NCBI GenBank assembly: GCA_013239625.1
Contig: MU053487.1
Coordinates: 434,001-498,000, forward strand
DNA length: 64,000 bases
Direction of reading: 5' to 3'
Source: Lama guanicoe
Lineage: Eukaryota
A program made the translations under genes and the position numbers. The notes beneath the pieces were generated by a model, which saw only the letters and a list, made by a program, of their open reading frames with translations, ran no database searches and was not told where the DNA came from. This document shows, piece by piece, positions 13,099 through 25,179 of the stretch; position 1 is the stretch's first letter, and each line of letters opens with the position of its first letter.

Positions 13099-13195
13099 AG
13101 CCAATAGCTCTCTGCCACCTGCCGTCGCAGCACCCTGCCCTCGCCCTGTAAAAATCTAGATCACTTCCCAGTTTTCCTTCCCTCGAAACCAATAC
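13099..13195 (+). promoter_or_regulatory. Two CCAAT boxes (AGCCAATAG, CCAAT at 13101; AACCAATAC, CCAAT at 13189), candidate NF-Y sites
   Basis: Match to the RRCCAAT core at the upstream edge of the CpG island. Confidence 0.45.
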
Positions 13196-13339
13196 TCGGG
13201 AAAGTTTCTAGTACTTAGAATCCCCCGCCCCCTCTTTTTTTGTTTGTGTTTTTAAACTTTGTATATACACTTCCTCGTTAAAAAAAATCATGACCCCTGC
13301 TCCCAGAAACCACCACTGGTTGGGTCACTATGTGATGCT

Positions 13340-14045
13340 TTTTTTTTTTTAATCCTAAGGTTTAATTTACATAAAGTAAAATGCACAGATTTTAAGTGTA
13401 CAGTTCCATGCATTTTGGCAATTGTATTCACCAGTATGAATAACCACCATCCTAAAGAAGATACAGCATATTTCCATCACTCTAGGAAGTTTCAGGAACT
13501 TCCAGGCAGTAACCACTGCCTCCCCAGGCAATTCTAATCTGATTTTTGTCACTGCAGCAGAGTTCTCCCTGTTCTTTAACGCCACATAACTTCATACAGT
13601 GCGTGCTCTTTTTGAGTGGGTCTTCTTTCTCTCTTTAGCATAATGTTTTGAGATTCAGCCAGCGCTGTTGGTGTGTCATTAATCCCTTTTTATTGCTGAA
13701 TAGTATTCCACATACGGAAGTACCACAACTCTTGACCCACTCACTTGTTTATAGACGTTTGTGTTGTTTCTTTTTTTAGTTTTCCAGCTGTAACCAGATG
13801 TAACTGATAGTGTGTAAGTCATTGTACAGAGACAGGGTTTCATTTCTCCTGAGTAAATACCAAGGACTGGAATTGCTAGGTCCTACAATAAGGTGTATGT
13901 TTAACTTTACTGCTAAACTGTTTTCTGAAGTGGCTGGATCATATTGCACTCCCAGCAACAGTACTCCAAAGTTCCAGTTGCTCCATATCCTCCACAATAT
14001 TGAGTATGGTTGGAGTAATTAGTTTTAGCCATTTTAGTGGGTTAA
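13340..14045 (-). mobile_element. Old L1M 3' end
   Basis: 'aaaatgcacagattttaagtgtacagttc...ttttattgctgaatagtattcc...gaattgctaggtc' is the reverse complement of the L1 3' region. Confidence 0.8.
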
Positions 14046-14286
14046 ACTGGTCTATAATATATGCTAAATGCACAGTGTATTTATCTTCCTGCCAATTATT
14101 TCCAGCCACAGTTTACTAATTATTTGTGTAATACCTGTCTCCTCTACTACACAGAAAGCTCCAAGATCATTTGTGTTTTCCCTAGGATGGTGCTTGGCAA
14201 ATAATGGGCAATCTGTTTAAGTTGAACAAGTGAATGAATTCAATCAAAATTGACATTTGAAATGTTCACAATAACAAAATAATAGC

Positions 14287-14287
<1 letters not shown>

Positions 14288-14320
<33 letters not shown>
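14288..14320. repeat. (AAT)n microsatellite
   Basis: About 11 units read directly. Confidence 0.95.
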
Positions 14321-14321
<1 letters not shown>

Positions 14322-15219
14322 ACTCTCCAAATTCAAAGGAACCTTTTCCCCATGTTTGCTCTGAAGTTTCTTCCTCTATTTGTGTTCTCTTTGTATTGTG
14401 TTGTAAAGTTTCTCCCATCTTTAATTATCTGTAATTTCCTGCAATTGGGACTCAATCAAGTAAACTGTGGTGACTGATCCTTGGGTGTCTAAAGGTTCTG
14501 TTCATAAGGATTGCAGAAAAAATACAAAAAGAGGGTCCAGTCGAAAGAAGTTTATGTTCTAATTGCCAGTGATTGGGTGCAGTATGCGGTATAGAAAAAA
14601 AAAAAAGTAGGAGCCCTGGATTCTAGGTTCAGTCCTACCTTTCCCTGTGACCAAAAGTGACTGCTGCCCATAGGGCTCTGTTGTCTCCATTCATCTTTCT
14701 CAACTTGTGTAAATCAAGGTCTTTATGTTATAAACTAATACTATGGCAGATTATAGTATATGTGGAAGTACTTATGAAATGGTTATAACTATTACCTATG
14801 TGTACCCTCTGTATGTTTCATTAATATCAACAAATATCTTCTGAGCACTTATTATGTGCTAAACATTGTGCCACAATCTGCTGTTGAAACTTTGAACTCC
14901 TTAGATTTCTACTTCATGCCTGACAAATGCCAAATATCACCATTTCCCTTTAAAATTTAAAATATCCTAGGGAAGAGAGTGGGAGGAGGGGGGAACAAAA
15001 CAAACCAAAAAATCATGGAATGCTCTTGGTGAGTTTGCGGCAGCACCCTGTGGTACCTGAGCACACAGTTTAGGAATCGTGGCAGACAGATATCTGACGA
15101 TACCCAAGTCATCAGAGAACAGAAAATGAAAATAGCAGCTCGTGCAGGAAGAAGGCGTGGGTCCAGTGAGAACTGGGCTTCACATAGGCCGTTGCCTGAA
15201 GAGCTCAGCTTGATGTTAG

Positions 15220-15360
15220 GTCTTTTAATCCTCCAAGCAACCCTATATGGAAGGTATTATATCCCTATTTTAGAGATAAGAAAGCTAAGACTCAGAGGCT
15301 AAGTCTCTAACCTTACTCATGATTTTGGATTCATGATTTAAACCCAGATGTCTGGCTTTT
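15220..15360 (-). mobile_element. MIR
   Basis: 'aatcctccaagcaaccctat...attatatccctattttagagataagaaagctaagactcagagg' MIR core. Confidence 0.75.
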
Positions 15361-15924
15361 CCCAAATAGATAATTCTAAAGGAAAGAAAACAAGAGAGTT
15401 TGGAATTTACTACCAAAATAATAACACTCCTTGTATTACAGTCTTTCTTTGAATATCTATATAATATTCCCATTGAGAACCTGCCTTTCTCTGAATTGCT
15501 GTTAAAAAGAAAGGGACAAGGAGATGGAGGAAATGGGTAGAAATATGAGGGGGAAAAACAGCATAAGAAACATCTACATTCTTTCATAATTGGTCACTAA
15601 ATGTAGCACCAGGGAGCACAGGTCTATTTTTAACAGGCAACAAGACTGAAATAGATCATTTAAATACAGGAGACTGACTTCCTGACCTATTTGTTCATTA
15701 TTTGTGATAATAGTGGAAACTTTGAGTCAACTTTGTTCTGACACTGGAGTTTATTTTCCACATGGAGGCTAAAAGACAAATCACCACACTGCTAGCTTGA
15801 AACCATACTTCCAACAAATATCCATCAAGAAGGGCATTATGTTAGTTACTAGAGTGGCAGTGGAGGCATTGGATGGCTTATCAAGGATAGATCACAATCT
15901 CTCCTCAAAGGTTAAGGGCAATTT

Positions 15925-16395
15925 GAGCACAAATATTCAAAGCAGCTTTATTCATAATAGCCCAAACTGGAAACCTCAAATGTCTACCATGGTAACTGGA
16001 AAACAGATAACTGTGGGATATAGCCATATAATGGAATTCTACAAAGCAATAAAAAACAGACTACTGATACACTCGGCAGTGAGGAAGAATCTGAAAAAAC
16101 ATCTTGTTAAGCCCAAGAAACCAGACGCCAAAGAATATATTCTCCGTGATTCTGTTTACATGGAGTTCTAACACAGGGGAAACTTACTGATGGTGATGAA
16201 AGTTAGAAGAGTGGTTATCACAGAGTCAGTGGATACTGATGAGGAAAGGGCCGGAAAGAACTTTCTGCAGTGATGGGAAGTGTTCTGCATCTTGATCTGA
16301 GTAGTGATTATAGCAGTATATGCATAGGTATAAATTTAATAAGTTGTGCACTTAAGATTAGTACAAGATGTATTTTCTATATGTATGTTAAAACT
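15925..16395 (+). mobile_element. L1MB/MC-like 3' end
   Basis: 'gcagctttattcataatagcccaaactggaaac...tgatgggaagtgttctgcatcttgatctgagtagtg'. Confidence 0.8.
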
Positions 16396-16471
16396 AATGA
16401 AAATGAGAAAAAAAGGTTAAGAGTAAAGAATTAAAAGGAAAGTAAGGCATAATGAGAGTGACAATCCACTG

Positions 16472-16640
16472 CAGTGCTATCCAACAGAAATAGAATATAG
16501 ATGTGACCGTTAAAGATACGTAATTAAAATTTTCTAGTAGCCACATTTTAAAAAGTAAAAAGAAACAACTGAAGCTATATTTAGTAATATGTAAATTGTA
16601 CTTCATAATATTATATTTAATGGTATTTTTAAATAACACT
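16472..16640. mobile_element. MER33/MER3-like hAT-Charlie non-autonomous element (partial)
   Basis: 'cagtgctatccaacagaaata...ttttctagtagccacattttaaaaagtaaaaagaaac'. Confidence 0.7.
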
Positions 16641-16922
16641 TTAATAAAATTACAGGCAATGTTTTACTAAATCTTATACTTAATAATTGTATTTGTTATA
16701 TTTAATATTTTATTAACTTTCAAATGTTATTTAGACCTGTGATCAAAATTTGAATTATCAATAAAATAGTTTATATATTAGACAGGCAGGTCTGTTGAAA
16801 ACAGCACCAATTTAGAGTTAGAAAACTCAAGTTCTGGTATTACTAGCTATGTAAACTTAAGTTATCTATGAACTACTCTGGGCTTCAGTGTTTCTGTCTT
16901 AATAAAGGAAATTGGGAATCAT

Positions 16923-17340
16923 TGTTGGGAGAGATACTCCTCTGTTAAGTCTCACATACATCTTGCTGGGTACACCAAGAATGCGAGGCCCGGACCACTC
17001 TCCTTGGGCTGCTTCTCATGGTTATTTTTGCAGTGAGCAGCCTTGAAGGATGAAACAATGTCTCTCTCCAGGACAAAGAACAGGCTTACTTACTGTTCGC
17101 TATAAAATGGAGGGTTCCCCAACTTCTGTTTCTCTCCTGTAACACAACCCCGAGAATATGGGAGGCAAAGGGGAACCATTGCAAACATGAAGCTTACACT
17201 GTTTATTGAGCCATGAGGAGAAAAGGTCTTTGTCTCTGACCCAGGAGTCGTAGGTCTTCTGTTAACATCTATAAAGCAGCAAAAGGCTAAGTTATTCACT
17301 TGTAAGTTGGGTAAAATCAAACCCCATCACCCACCACTGA
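16923..17340 (+). mobile_element. ERVL solo LTR (LTR47-like)
   Basis: Starts TGTTGGGAG; 'cttgctgggtacaccaagaatgcgaggccc...ggacaaagaacaggcttacttactg...tataaaatgg'. Confidence 0.6.
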
Positions 17341-17780
17341 TGCCCCTTTTTTCCCCTTTTTTGGTAGAAATCAAATGAAATCCACTAGAAGTGAAAAGAT
17401 TCCATCAATGTAGTAAATATATTTGAAAGCAATATTAAGTGGCATACAAGGTGGCTCACGCCCATGGTTGGTGGCTGGAAGCCTTAGCTCCTCACCTCAT
17501 CAATTTCCCCAGAAGGCTACTTGGTTGTCTTCAGGACATGGCAGAAGAGTTTTTCCAAAGTGAGTGATCTAAGACCAAGGAGAAAGCCACAATGTCTTTT
17601 ATGGCCTCATCCCAGAAATCACACACCATCATTCCTCCAACAGTCTCACTGTTTACAGAGGTCAGGGTGGGGACACAATAGTAGGGCATGAAAAACTAGG
17701 GGCAAGAAGGGGGATTATTCTGGAGGCTGATACCACACTATCTTTAATTGCAATACTTTTTAAATATTGACAATTGTATT

Positions 17781-17917
17781 GTCTTTTTTTGTTTGTTTTG
17801 GGGGGAAGATAATTCAGTTTGTTTATTCATTCATTCATTCATTCATTTTTTTAAAATGGAGGTACTGAGGAAGGAACCCAGGATCCTGTGCATGTTAACC
17901 ATGTGCTCTACCACTCC
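17781..17917 (-). mobile_element. tRNA-Ala-derived SINE (Vic-1-like), slightly 5'-truncated
   Basis: Reverse complement of the tRNA-like body plus tail; TSD ttgacaa(t/c)tgtatt at 17767-17780 and 17918-17931. Confidence 0.88.
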
Positions 17918-18133
17918 TTGACAACTGTATTTTCAAATGAGAACAGGAATCAATGGTTAAAAGGAGTAAGTTTTCACTGCAATTTTGAAACAGTAAAAAT
18001 AGAAGAAATTCAGAAAAAAATGAGATTACTGAGGCTACTGAAAGCCAGAACTACCCAAATTTCCCTGTAATTATTTTGACAATGATGTATTCCAATCACC
18101 ATTTTAATAAGCTGAAGTCCATCTAAAATGTAT

Positions 18134-18268
18134 GGAGGTGGGGATGGAAATAATTCAGTGGTAGAGTGTATGCTTAGCATGCTGGAAGCCCTGGGTTCTA
18201 TCCCCAGTACCTTCATTAAAAAATTAAATTAAATTTAAAAGTATATGTAATAATGATTTTTTAAAAAA
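18134..18268 (+). mobile_element. tRNA-Ala-derived SINE (Vic-1-like)
   Basis: 'taattcagtggtagagtgtatgcttagcatgctggaagccctgggttctatccccagtacc'; TSD taaaatgtat at 18124-18133 and 18269-18278. Confidence 0.9.
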
Positions 18269-19197
18269 TAAAATGTATACAGGATATAATCAGATGTTTA
18301 ACACAAGTTTCCATCATTGTGGATGTGTGAATGAGCCTAAAGTTTGGCATCTGGTTTTTCAGAAAACTAGTAATAGTAATAATTGCCTGAAACCATTATA
18401 TTTGAAGTGACATTTAAAAATCAAATTTGCAAACTTTTAAGAAAAACTGTGGTCACTTTTTTCAATTATAAAAAGAGAAATCCTTTATTACAATAAAATT
18501 CACAGATCAATTTAAAATTTCATAAAGCTTCAAGGAAAATTGAAGATCTATGAAAATTGAAAAATTAGTGACATGTTACATGGTAGATATTTCTACATCT
18601 ATTTAGGTCAAAAAGAGGGTGCAAATCTGGAACATGTGTTCTTATTAAAATGACTCAGTTAATAAACACATTTGAGTATGATTTTTTTAAGAAGTCATAT
18701 GTAATCCAGTTCTTTTTTCTTATAGTTGGATGAATGCATGGTTATTACCGATTAGGAAATTGTTTATTGTATTTATAATAGTGAAGCCTATGAAGCTGTG
18801 TGTTGGTAAAATAATGGATGAAAATATTTTCAACCAAATAGTAAGAGATTTTAGCACACAGCATTTTCTGAAAATAAATGTATGGGAATATGCCCAGATG
18901 AAGCCAACTCTATTATGGACAAAACTCCAGAAGTGGCACCCACATCAAGTCTCCTGCTCCAGAACACTTTTATGAAAATAATGTTTTTGTATTTGCTCAC
19001 AGAGCTGGTAAAGAAATAAATGTTGCTTTAAAAAATAAGTGGTTTGATCATTTGTTCTTTTAAGTCAAATTTACTTTTTATTTGAGTCAAATTTATAATG
19101 AACATGTTGATTTTGACAGCTTGCTTTAGTACATACTCATATACTGGCTTAGTCAGGAGAAGCTGCTGGTCAGTTTTCTAACTTAAAATTGAATTGT

Positions 19198-19429
19198 GGG
19201 GGGTAGAGGGTGGGAAGGGATAGACTGGGATTTCAAAATTGTAGAATAGATAAACAAGATTACACTGTATACCACAGGGAAATATACACAAAATGTTATG
19301 ATAACTCACAGAGAAAAAAATGTGACAATGAGTGTGTATATGTCCATGAATGTCTGAAAAATTGTGCTGAACACTGGAATTTGACACAACACTGTAAAAT
19401 GATTATGAAACAATAAAAAATGTAAAAAA
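19198..19429 (+). mobile_element. Short young L1 3' tail
   Basis: L1 3'UTR end plus A-tail; TSD aaaattgaattgt at 19185-19197 and 19430-19442. Confidence 0.9.
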
Positions 19430-19864
19430 AAAATTGAATTGTTATTTTTCTTTGTAAAAAAGAAAGAAAGAAAAGGTCACGACAAAGGACAAAACTTGGA
19501 TTAAATGAATGAATTCTTTATTTGTCCACCTTATCAGTGAAAGTGGCTCACAGAATTGAAAAATTTGCATTTTAAAAGCTAAACTCTCAAATAACGATTA
19601 CAAAGTAAAGCTAATATTTTCACTGCATGTAACTGAGTGAAAATAAAGTTTAAGTTAGAAGAGAGTTCATGATGGAACTATGAATTGTTTGAGACTTTGG
19701 GTTTATTTACATTAGATTTAGAAGATTGGTGGTAAACTAAAAATCATCAGTCAGCGTTTTTCAGTCACTGAGAAAAAGTCTTTCGACAAGTGTCCTCAGA
19801 GAATGAGGGAGCAAGAATGATCAGATACTTCAGTCTGGCAATAAACTACAAGCAATTTGACCCT

Positions 19865-20468
19865 GTGGTGCACTGTGGTATCTATACATTTGGTCTTCCC
19901 AGCACCCCTTCCCATTCATCTTTGGGTTGCAATCGCTTTTCCTTTGGGTGATAGGGAAGGGGGACCAACGATCTTGGTTTGCCCTGACCCAGTTTTAGCA
20001 ATTAAAGTTCTATGAATGGGAAACGTTATAGTCGTGGGAAAACAGGAAGCATTGGTTGCCCACTGATGTAGAGTGGTAAGAGGCTCCTTTCTTCCCTGAC
20101 AATAACTGTGGCACTTAATCAAGGTCTGATCAGTTACTGCATCCTACCCACGTGGTTGCAGTGACTGAATGAGAGATGGATTTGAGCAAAGCTGGTCTGT
20201 CCCTGGCATTTTTCTGCTAGAAGTAATAGGGAACTTGAACTCTTTTCAATCTGTACAGTTTACCTTGACCACCATCTTGATTGCCATGTGGAGAAATCCT
20301 TTCCTAGAAGTGGGGAGTCAGACCCCTGATCATTTGACCCCTGGAAACAGCCACAGATGAAGCCAGCTGCAACCCTGGACTTTAAACTTATCAACCTATA
20401 AATTCTTCTCTGCTTCAGCTGGTTTGAGTTGAGTTTCTATTGCTTGCGACCATAAGAATCCTACAACA
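19865..20468 (+). mobile_element. Old MaLR LTR (MLT1J-O class)
   Basis: Ends 'ggtttgagttgagtttctattgcttgcgaccataagaatcctac', typical of old MLT1 3' ends. Confidence 0.6.
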
Positions 20469-21036
20469 TGTCAGCATGAAGATACACGTATTAAAATTTT
20501 CATCAACAGTAGTCTGAAAACGTACCATTCCACCTCTTTGTCAGCATTCAGGGCATCTCTACTTAATGATTATCCCACATAGCTCCTAAAGCAGTTAAAT
20601 ATTTATATATCCATACATTTAACTGTCTGGATTCTAGAAATACTGTGACACCAACAGTAAAAAGAAATTGCCTAACATGAGCTGTCAGGTCTCTGTTATT
20701 CAGTCTAATTATCCAAAATTGATGTACTTGATGCAATAGCTCTCATCAATTAACCAAGAAAACACGTAAGAAAAATCTTTTGAAAACTTTCCTGATGGCA
20801 AGAAGTGTAAAGCATTTCTTAAGGTAAAATAAGCATGGCCATGTTATGGATTAGAATGTAAAGTTGACACAAAGTTTTAAGAGCCTGGAATTCCAAGACA
20901 TTTCTTACTTGTGTCTGGTTGCTTTAGTTTATATATCCCGGGGTACATGTTCATTTTCCTGTGTAGTATGGAAAGGTATTTCTATAGAAAACTTAACAAA
21001 GTCTCACAATGAAAATAGAGAGTCATAAAAATTTTC

Positions 21037-21065
21037 AAACAAACAAACAAACAAACAAACAAACA
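21037..21065. repeat. (AAAC)n microsatellite
   Basis: Read directly. Confidence 0.9.
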
Positions 21066-21314
21066 GAGATCCGACCAGAGCTACTAACAGCAGTAGGTGA
21101 GACAGTCTGGAAAGAAGGTGGGTTAGAGGTGAGACCCCTTAGGAGTTCAGTGCAATTGTCTAGATGAGGAATAATGACAGTCTCAATAAAGATAAATGAT
21201 TTCTTGCCCTGGTTTCCACCTGACCCACGCAAAGTGTCAACTATAAAAGGGAAGTATATACTAAATACTAAAGAGTCAACATATATAAAGTTCTTTATAT
21301 AGCAAACCCCCAGA

Positions 21315-21555
21315 TAGCATTTGTCAAGAGCTCAGCACTATTCTAAGTGCTTTACAAATATTAGCTTATATAGTTCTCATAACAAATTAATGAGGTAGGT
21401 AATGTTAATAACCCCACTGTACAAATGGGGATCTAAAGGCAAAGGGAGATTAAGTAACTTGCCCATTTTTACCCAGCTCATAAATGGCAAAGTCAAAATT
21501 TGAATCCAGATAACCCGACCCCAAATCCCTTAGTCTTAACTACAATGCTATGCTC
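21315..21555 (-). mobile_element. MIR
   Basis: 'ctaagtgctttacaaatattagc...tgaggtaggtaatg...aagtaacttgccc...atttgaatccag'. Confidence 0.8.
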
Positions 21556-21682
21556 ATTTTGGGAAGGAAAGTTACAGTTTGAGTGTTAACACTCCAGATA
21601 TACAGTTTAAGGCATCATTTTGAGAGTGAAAATGTAAACAAACAAGGAGAAAGTTGATATATAGTCTGCCCTGCCTAGCTAG

Positions 21683-22060
21683 TGTCTTAGGTTGGGCTCT
21701 TGTAATTCTTCCTGGCTCAAGTGGAGGTGATTTATTGTGGAAGTGCTCCCAGGGCAGACTAGTAAGAGAGTGGGGGAAGCGGGAAAGGGAAGGAGAAGCA
21801 GACAAGCAAGGCTACAATCTTCGATGAATTCTTGGACTTAGTCTGATCCTGCAGGGAGCTCTGGAGCATACATTACACCTTGAGCTCATGCAGTCCTGAG
21901 GCTGGGGAGCTGGGCTTTGGACACCCTCCCTAGTCAATGGCTGGTTCCCAGCCACCTTGGGGGATATGAGCCCCCAGGCATCCCCACCCTCCCCACTGGA
22001 GGTGGCTCAAATGGCCCGGGGCAATCCTCTGAAGAAGGTTGCTGGTGTACCTGAGGAAAT
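21683..22060 (-). mobile_element. ERVL LTR (LTR16/LTR33-like)
   Basis: Begins 'tgtcttaggttggg', the reverse complement of an LTR 3' end (...cccaacctaagaca), with an internal tttatt. Confidence 0.55.
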
Positions 22061-22144
22061 TCTGAGGGATTCTGAGCAGGGTGCCGATGCATTCACCATG
22101 CCAGGGAACAAACGTTGTCTTTGAGGGTTTCTTTGATTCATTTT

Positions 22145-22258
22145 TTAAAAACATTTTTCTGTTTGTCTTTTTTTTTTTTTAATGGAGATACTGGGGATTG
22201 AACTCAGGACCTCATGCATGCTAAGAACACACTCTACCACTGGGCTGTACCCTCCCCA
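22145..22258 (-). mobile_element. tRNA-Ala-derived SINE (Vic-1-like)
   Basis: Reverse-complement SINE body; TSD ctttgattcatttt at 22131-22144 and 22259-22272. Confidence 0.9.
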
Positions 22259-23481
22259 CTTTGATTCATTTTGAACATGATGTTCCTGTAATCCTTGTTT
22301 TTTGGTTTGTTAATTTTTGTCTTTTCTGGTTTTGCTAATCTATATCCTACCTCCTTGTATTTGTTTATACAAAACAATAACAAAAATTTAAGCTATTCTT
22401 AAATAATACTAGATAGTCCAAAGATTTATATCTGAAAAAGGAAACCAAAATGTCCTGGATGAAGGCTCAGAGCTGCCTTGGGATGTAGGAGCTTGAGACA
22501 AAGTTGAACTGCTCTACAGAGGAAATGGAAAGAATTTGTTTTTCACTTTTTTTTTTTTCCTTCTGAGAGGACTAACACGGAGAGAGGAGTGAGTACAGAA
22601 ACAACAGATGTAGCCAAAAGACTGCTGAGAATGAAGGTGTCTGATGTTTGATTTTAAGATGCTTGTGTGGCTCTGCCTCCATAAACAGTCACTGTAGATG
22701 GCTACATACTCCAAACCCTGAATAAATAAGAGATGTTTTTGGTACAAAAACTAAAGCATGGACTGAAGACAGGGTAGAGGTGAAGAAAGAATTGCACACT
22801 GGAGAACAGGAATTCAGCGGAGGTAGCCAGCGTCATCTGGACCAGGAGACCAGAACTCCACGGGGAATTTGCACAGATCTTGACAGAGGCACTGGGTTTT
22901 CTTTTCCCCAAGGCATGGGATATGACCATCGAGCCAATCTTCTCTAGATCCTTCTGATAACTGAACTACACTGAGGAAGCTGAAAGCACTTCAAAGTATC
23001 TTCATGAGGTGCTTTTATAAAGTAATACACAATCATAATATGGGAGAAGTTACGTGGGTTATGTGAAAACACAAAATAAGGAAGAGACACAGACAGAACC
23101 AGAACTCAAATAGTCAAGTTCCTGGTCCAGTCTTCTGTTGTGTATTTTCGTTCCCAGCAGCAGTTTGCAACAGCAGGGTTAGAGTTACTGACTGCATCTG
23201 CGGCTTCTCTGAAAACCTTAACAATGATACAGGGAATCTCACAAATGAATTAATTTAAATCCCCTCTGGGTCACACCTGCCTGAAAAGCAGGAGACTTGA
23301 GGAATAAGATAAACGTATAGTCACCATGACACATTTCAGATTTTGTCCAAAGCAGTAAAATGAGTGTGCGCCCTCCTAGAGGGACTTTGGTGACAGCCAG
23401 CTCTTAATGTGCTGGGAGCCGGGCGTGGAGGTGTGGCAAGCAGGGAGGAGAGCATTGGGGGCAGACTTTCTTCTTGGGTCT

Positions 23482-23800
23482 TGTCTTATTCTGGGTTTCT
23501 CCGAAGGCAAGCACTTGGGTGCAAGTAACTGATTCAGGAAGCGATCCCTGGGAGAGTGATGAGACACGGAAGGAAGGAAAGCCAAGAGAGATATTCATGA
23601 GTAAGTTTCTGGATGGTGGGGAGAGCAGCTAGGCCTCAATCCCTCCGGGGACTGTGCCGATTACTTAGAACCATCTCACAGAGGACAGCCAAGACGGGAT
23701 ATTTACGGACCAGGTCCTGACCCTCTTTGGTCGAAGGTTGCTCTGGGGGGTCTTAACGCCACAGCATGTCCCTGCTGCCAGGGAAAGCCATCAGGGAGGG
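23482..23800 (-). mobile_element. ERVL LTR (LTR33/LTR16-like) fragment
   Basis: 'tgtcttattctgggtttctcc...ttgggtgcaagtaactgattcaggaagcgatccc'. Confidence 0.5.
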
Positions 23801-24897
23801 ACACGCAGGAGCTGAATGCACAGAACTGTCTGTAAGCAGGGACACTGAGAGTTCTGAATGTTCTTTCCCTGGCTTATTAGTTCTGTGACTTTAATTCTCT
23901 GTGCTTCAATTTACTCATCTACAGAAGCATGGTGATAAAACCGAAACTTACAGGATTTTCATGAGAACTAAATGACAACAAACATGCATGTAAAATGCTT
24001 AGAAAATTCTCAGGAGCGGATTTAATAATACGATTATCTTGTTATCTCTGCAGTGTTTGTTAAACTAATTTGTTAAACTAATTATGGCTACTTCTCTCTT
24101 ATTCTTTGGAAAGATGATAATGGCATTGTCTTTTTTTTTTAAGGAATCTAATGTTTTTTTCTTACCAGATTTTCAGCTTCACTGATGTTTACAATTGTGA
24201 ATGTTATAATTTTTTATAATGAATAGTTACAAAGGTTGCTATCTGTGAAGCAGATGACATACAAACGAATGTCTGTACAGCTTCAGCTGTAGATCAGGTT
24301 TTATATTCTGTTAAGTCTTTAGTTTTATGTTTTGGTTTATTTTCTCATGTTATCTCTGCTAAGATAAATGATCTAAGCTCTGCTCCAGATCACCAGGACT
24401 AGCGGCATGTTTTGGGTATCACTGTCAGCTACTGCTAAATATTATGATCAAAGGTGAACCCTGAGATAACTGAGCAATTTCTCACTGATACCATTTCCAG
24501 CACTCTGTAAAAGTCAATGAACGTCTACCTAAAAGGAAAAAGGAAAATATTTCCGCTTGGGAGGCAGAACAGAATGGATTCCTAATCTGCTTTTTGCTTG
24601 CTTTTTGCTTTGGATTCCTTCACATTCAGGTGTAGTGTTTAGATGTGGTTTATAAACATGCCCAGCACTATGCCATCTCTTTATGTCTGTGATGTGTACA
24701 GAAAGTCATTCATTGCTGAGAAAGGACTGAATGCTCAGGGACTGAGCTTCTCAGTTTGATCTTCTCAAGAAACTGCATTCTCAATATTAAAGACCGTAAT
24801 ATGTTGGCTGTGTGAAAGCGAGTAGAGATGGTAGACGTATCCCTGAGTTGTGCCACTTGAGCACGCCACTTGAAAGCTGGCATTAAAAATGACATAC

Positions 24898-25057
24898 TAG
24901 GGGAGAGGGTATAGCTTAGTGGTAGAGTGCATGCCTAGCATGCATGAGGTCCCTCCTGGGTTTAATTCCCAGTACCACTATTAAGCAAACAAACAAACAA
25001 ACAAACAAACCTAATTACTTCCCTCCATTAAAACAAAACACTACAAAAAAAATTTTT
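24898..25057 (+). mobile_element. tRNA-Ala-derived SINE (Vic-1-like)
   Basis: 'gggtatagcttagtggtagagtgcatgcctagcatgcatgaggtcc' plus (AAAC)n and 'cctaattac' tail; TSD aatgacatac at 24888-24897 and 25058-25067. Confidence 0.92.
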
Positions 25058-25179
25058 AATGACATACAGAAATGTGCTCAGGTGACCCTTCATTAAAAAG
25101 ACAGATGCTCTCAATAGAAAGATGCTTCAGTGGGGAGACTCAGTTATATTTACTGCTTCTTCCCCCACCCCTGACCTTT

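Larger units (their letters stand above)
12330..13140. promoter_or_regulatory. CpG island covering the CLASP2 promoter, 5'UTR and exon 1
   Basis: Abrupt switch to very GC- and CpG-rich sequence in an AT-rich, CpG-depleted background; (GCCC)n run at ~12731-12752. Confidence 0.93.
17945..20760 (+). mobile_element. Fossil hAT/Charlie (Buster-type) DNA transposon with degraded transposase, interrupted by a SINE, an L1 tail and an MLT1 LTR
   Basis: Collinear motifs across frameshifts: NCLKPLYLK*HLKIK (18381-18425), LDEC (18726-18737), KCMGICPDEA (18876-18905), LNDYP/IAPKAVKYF (~20562-20605), KRNCL (20660-20674). Confidence 0.7.

Noticed and set aside
12276..13107. Long plus-strand ORFs (242 aa and 133 aa) over the CpG island
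   Set aside because: Antisense shadow of CLASP2 exon 1 in very GC-rich DNA where stops are rare; low-complexity Ala/Arg/Gly/Pro composition and no recognisable domain.
15797..16171. 124-aa ORF
   Set aside because: The second half is L1M 3' sequence read out of context.
24056..24081. 13-bp tandem duplication tttgttaaactaa x2
   Set aside because: Real but ordinary slippage duplication with no further structure.
24360..24480. Possible C/D-box snoRNA (ATGAT...CTGA motifs)
   Set aside because: No canonical RUGAUGA box C, no terminal stem and no host intron.
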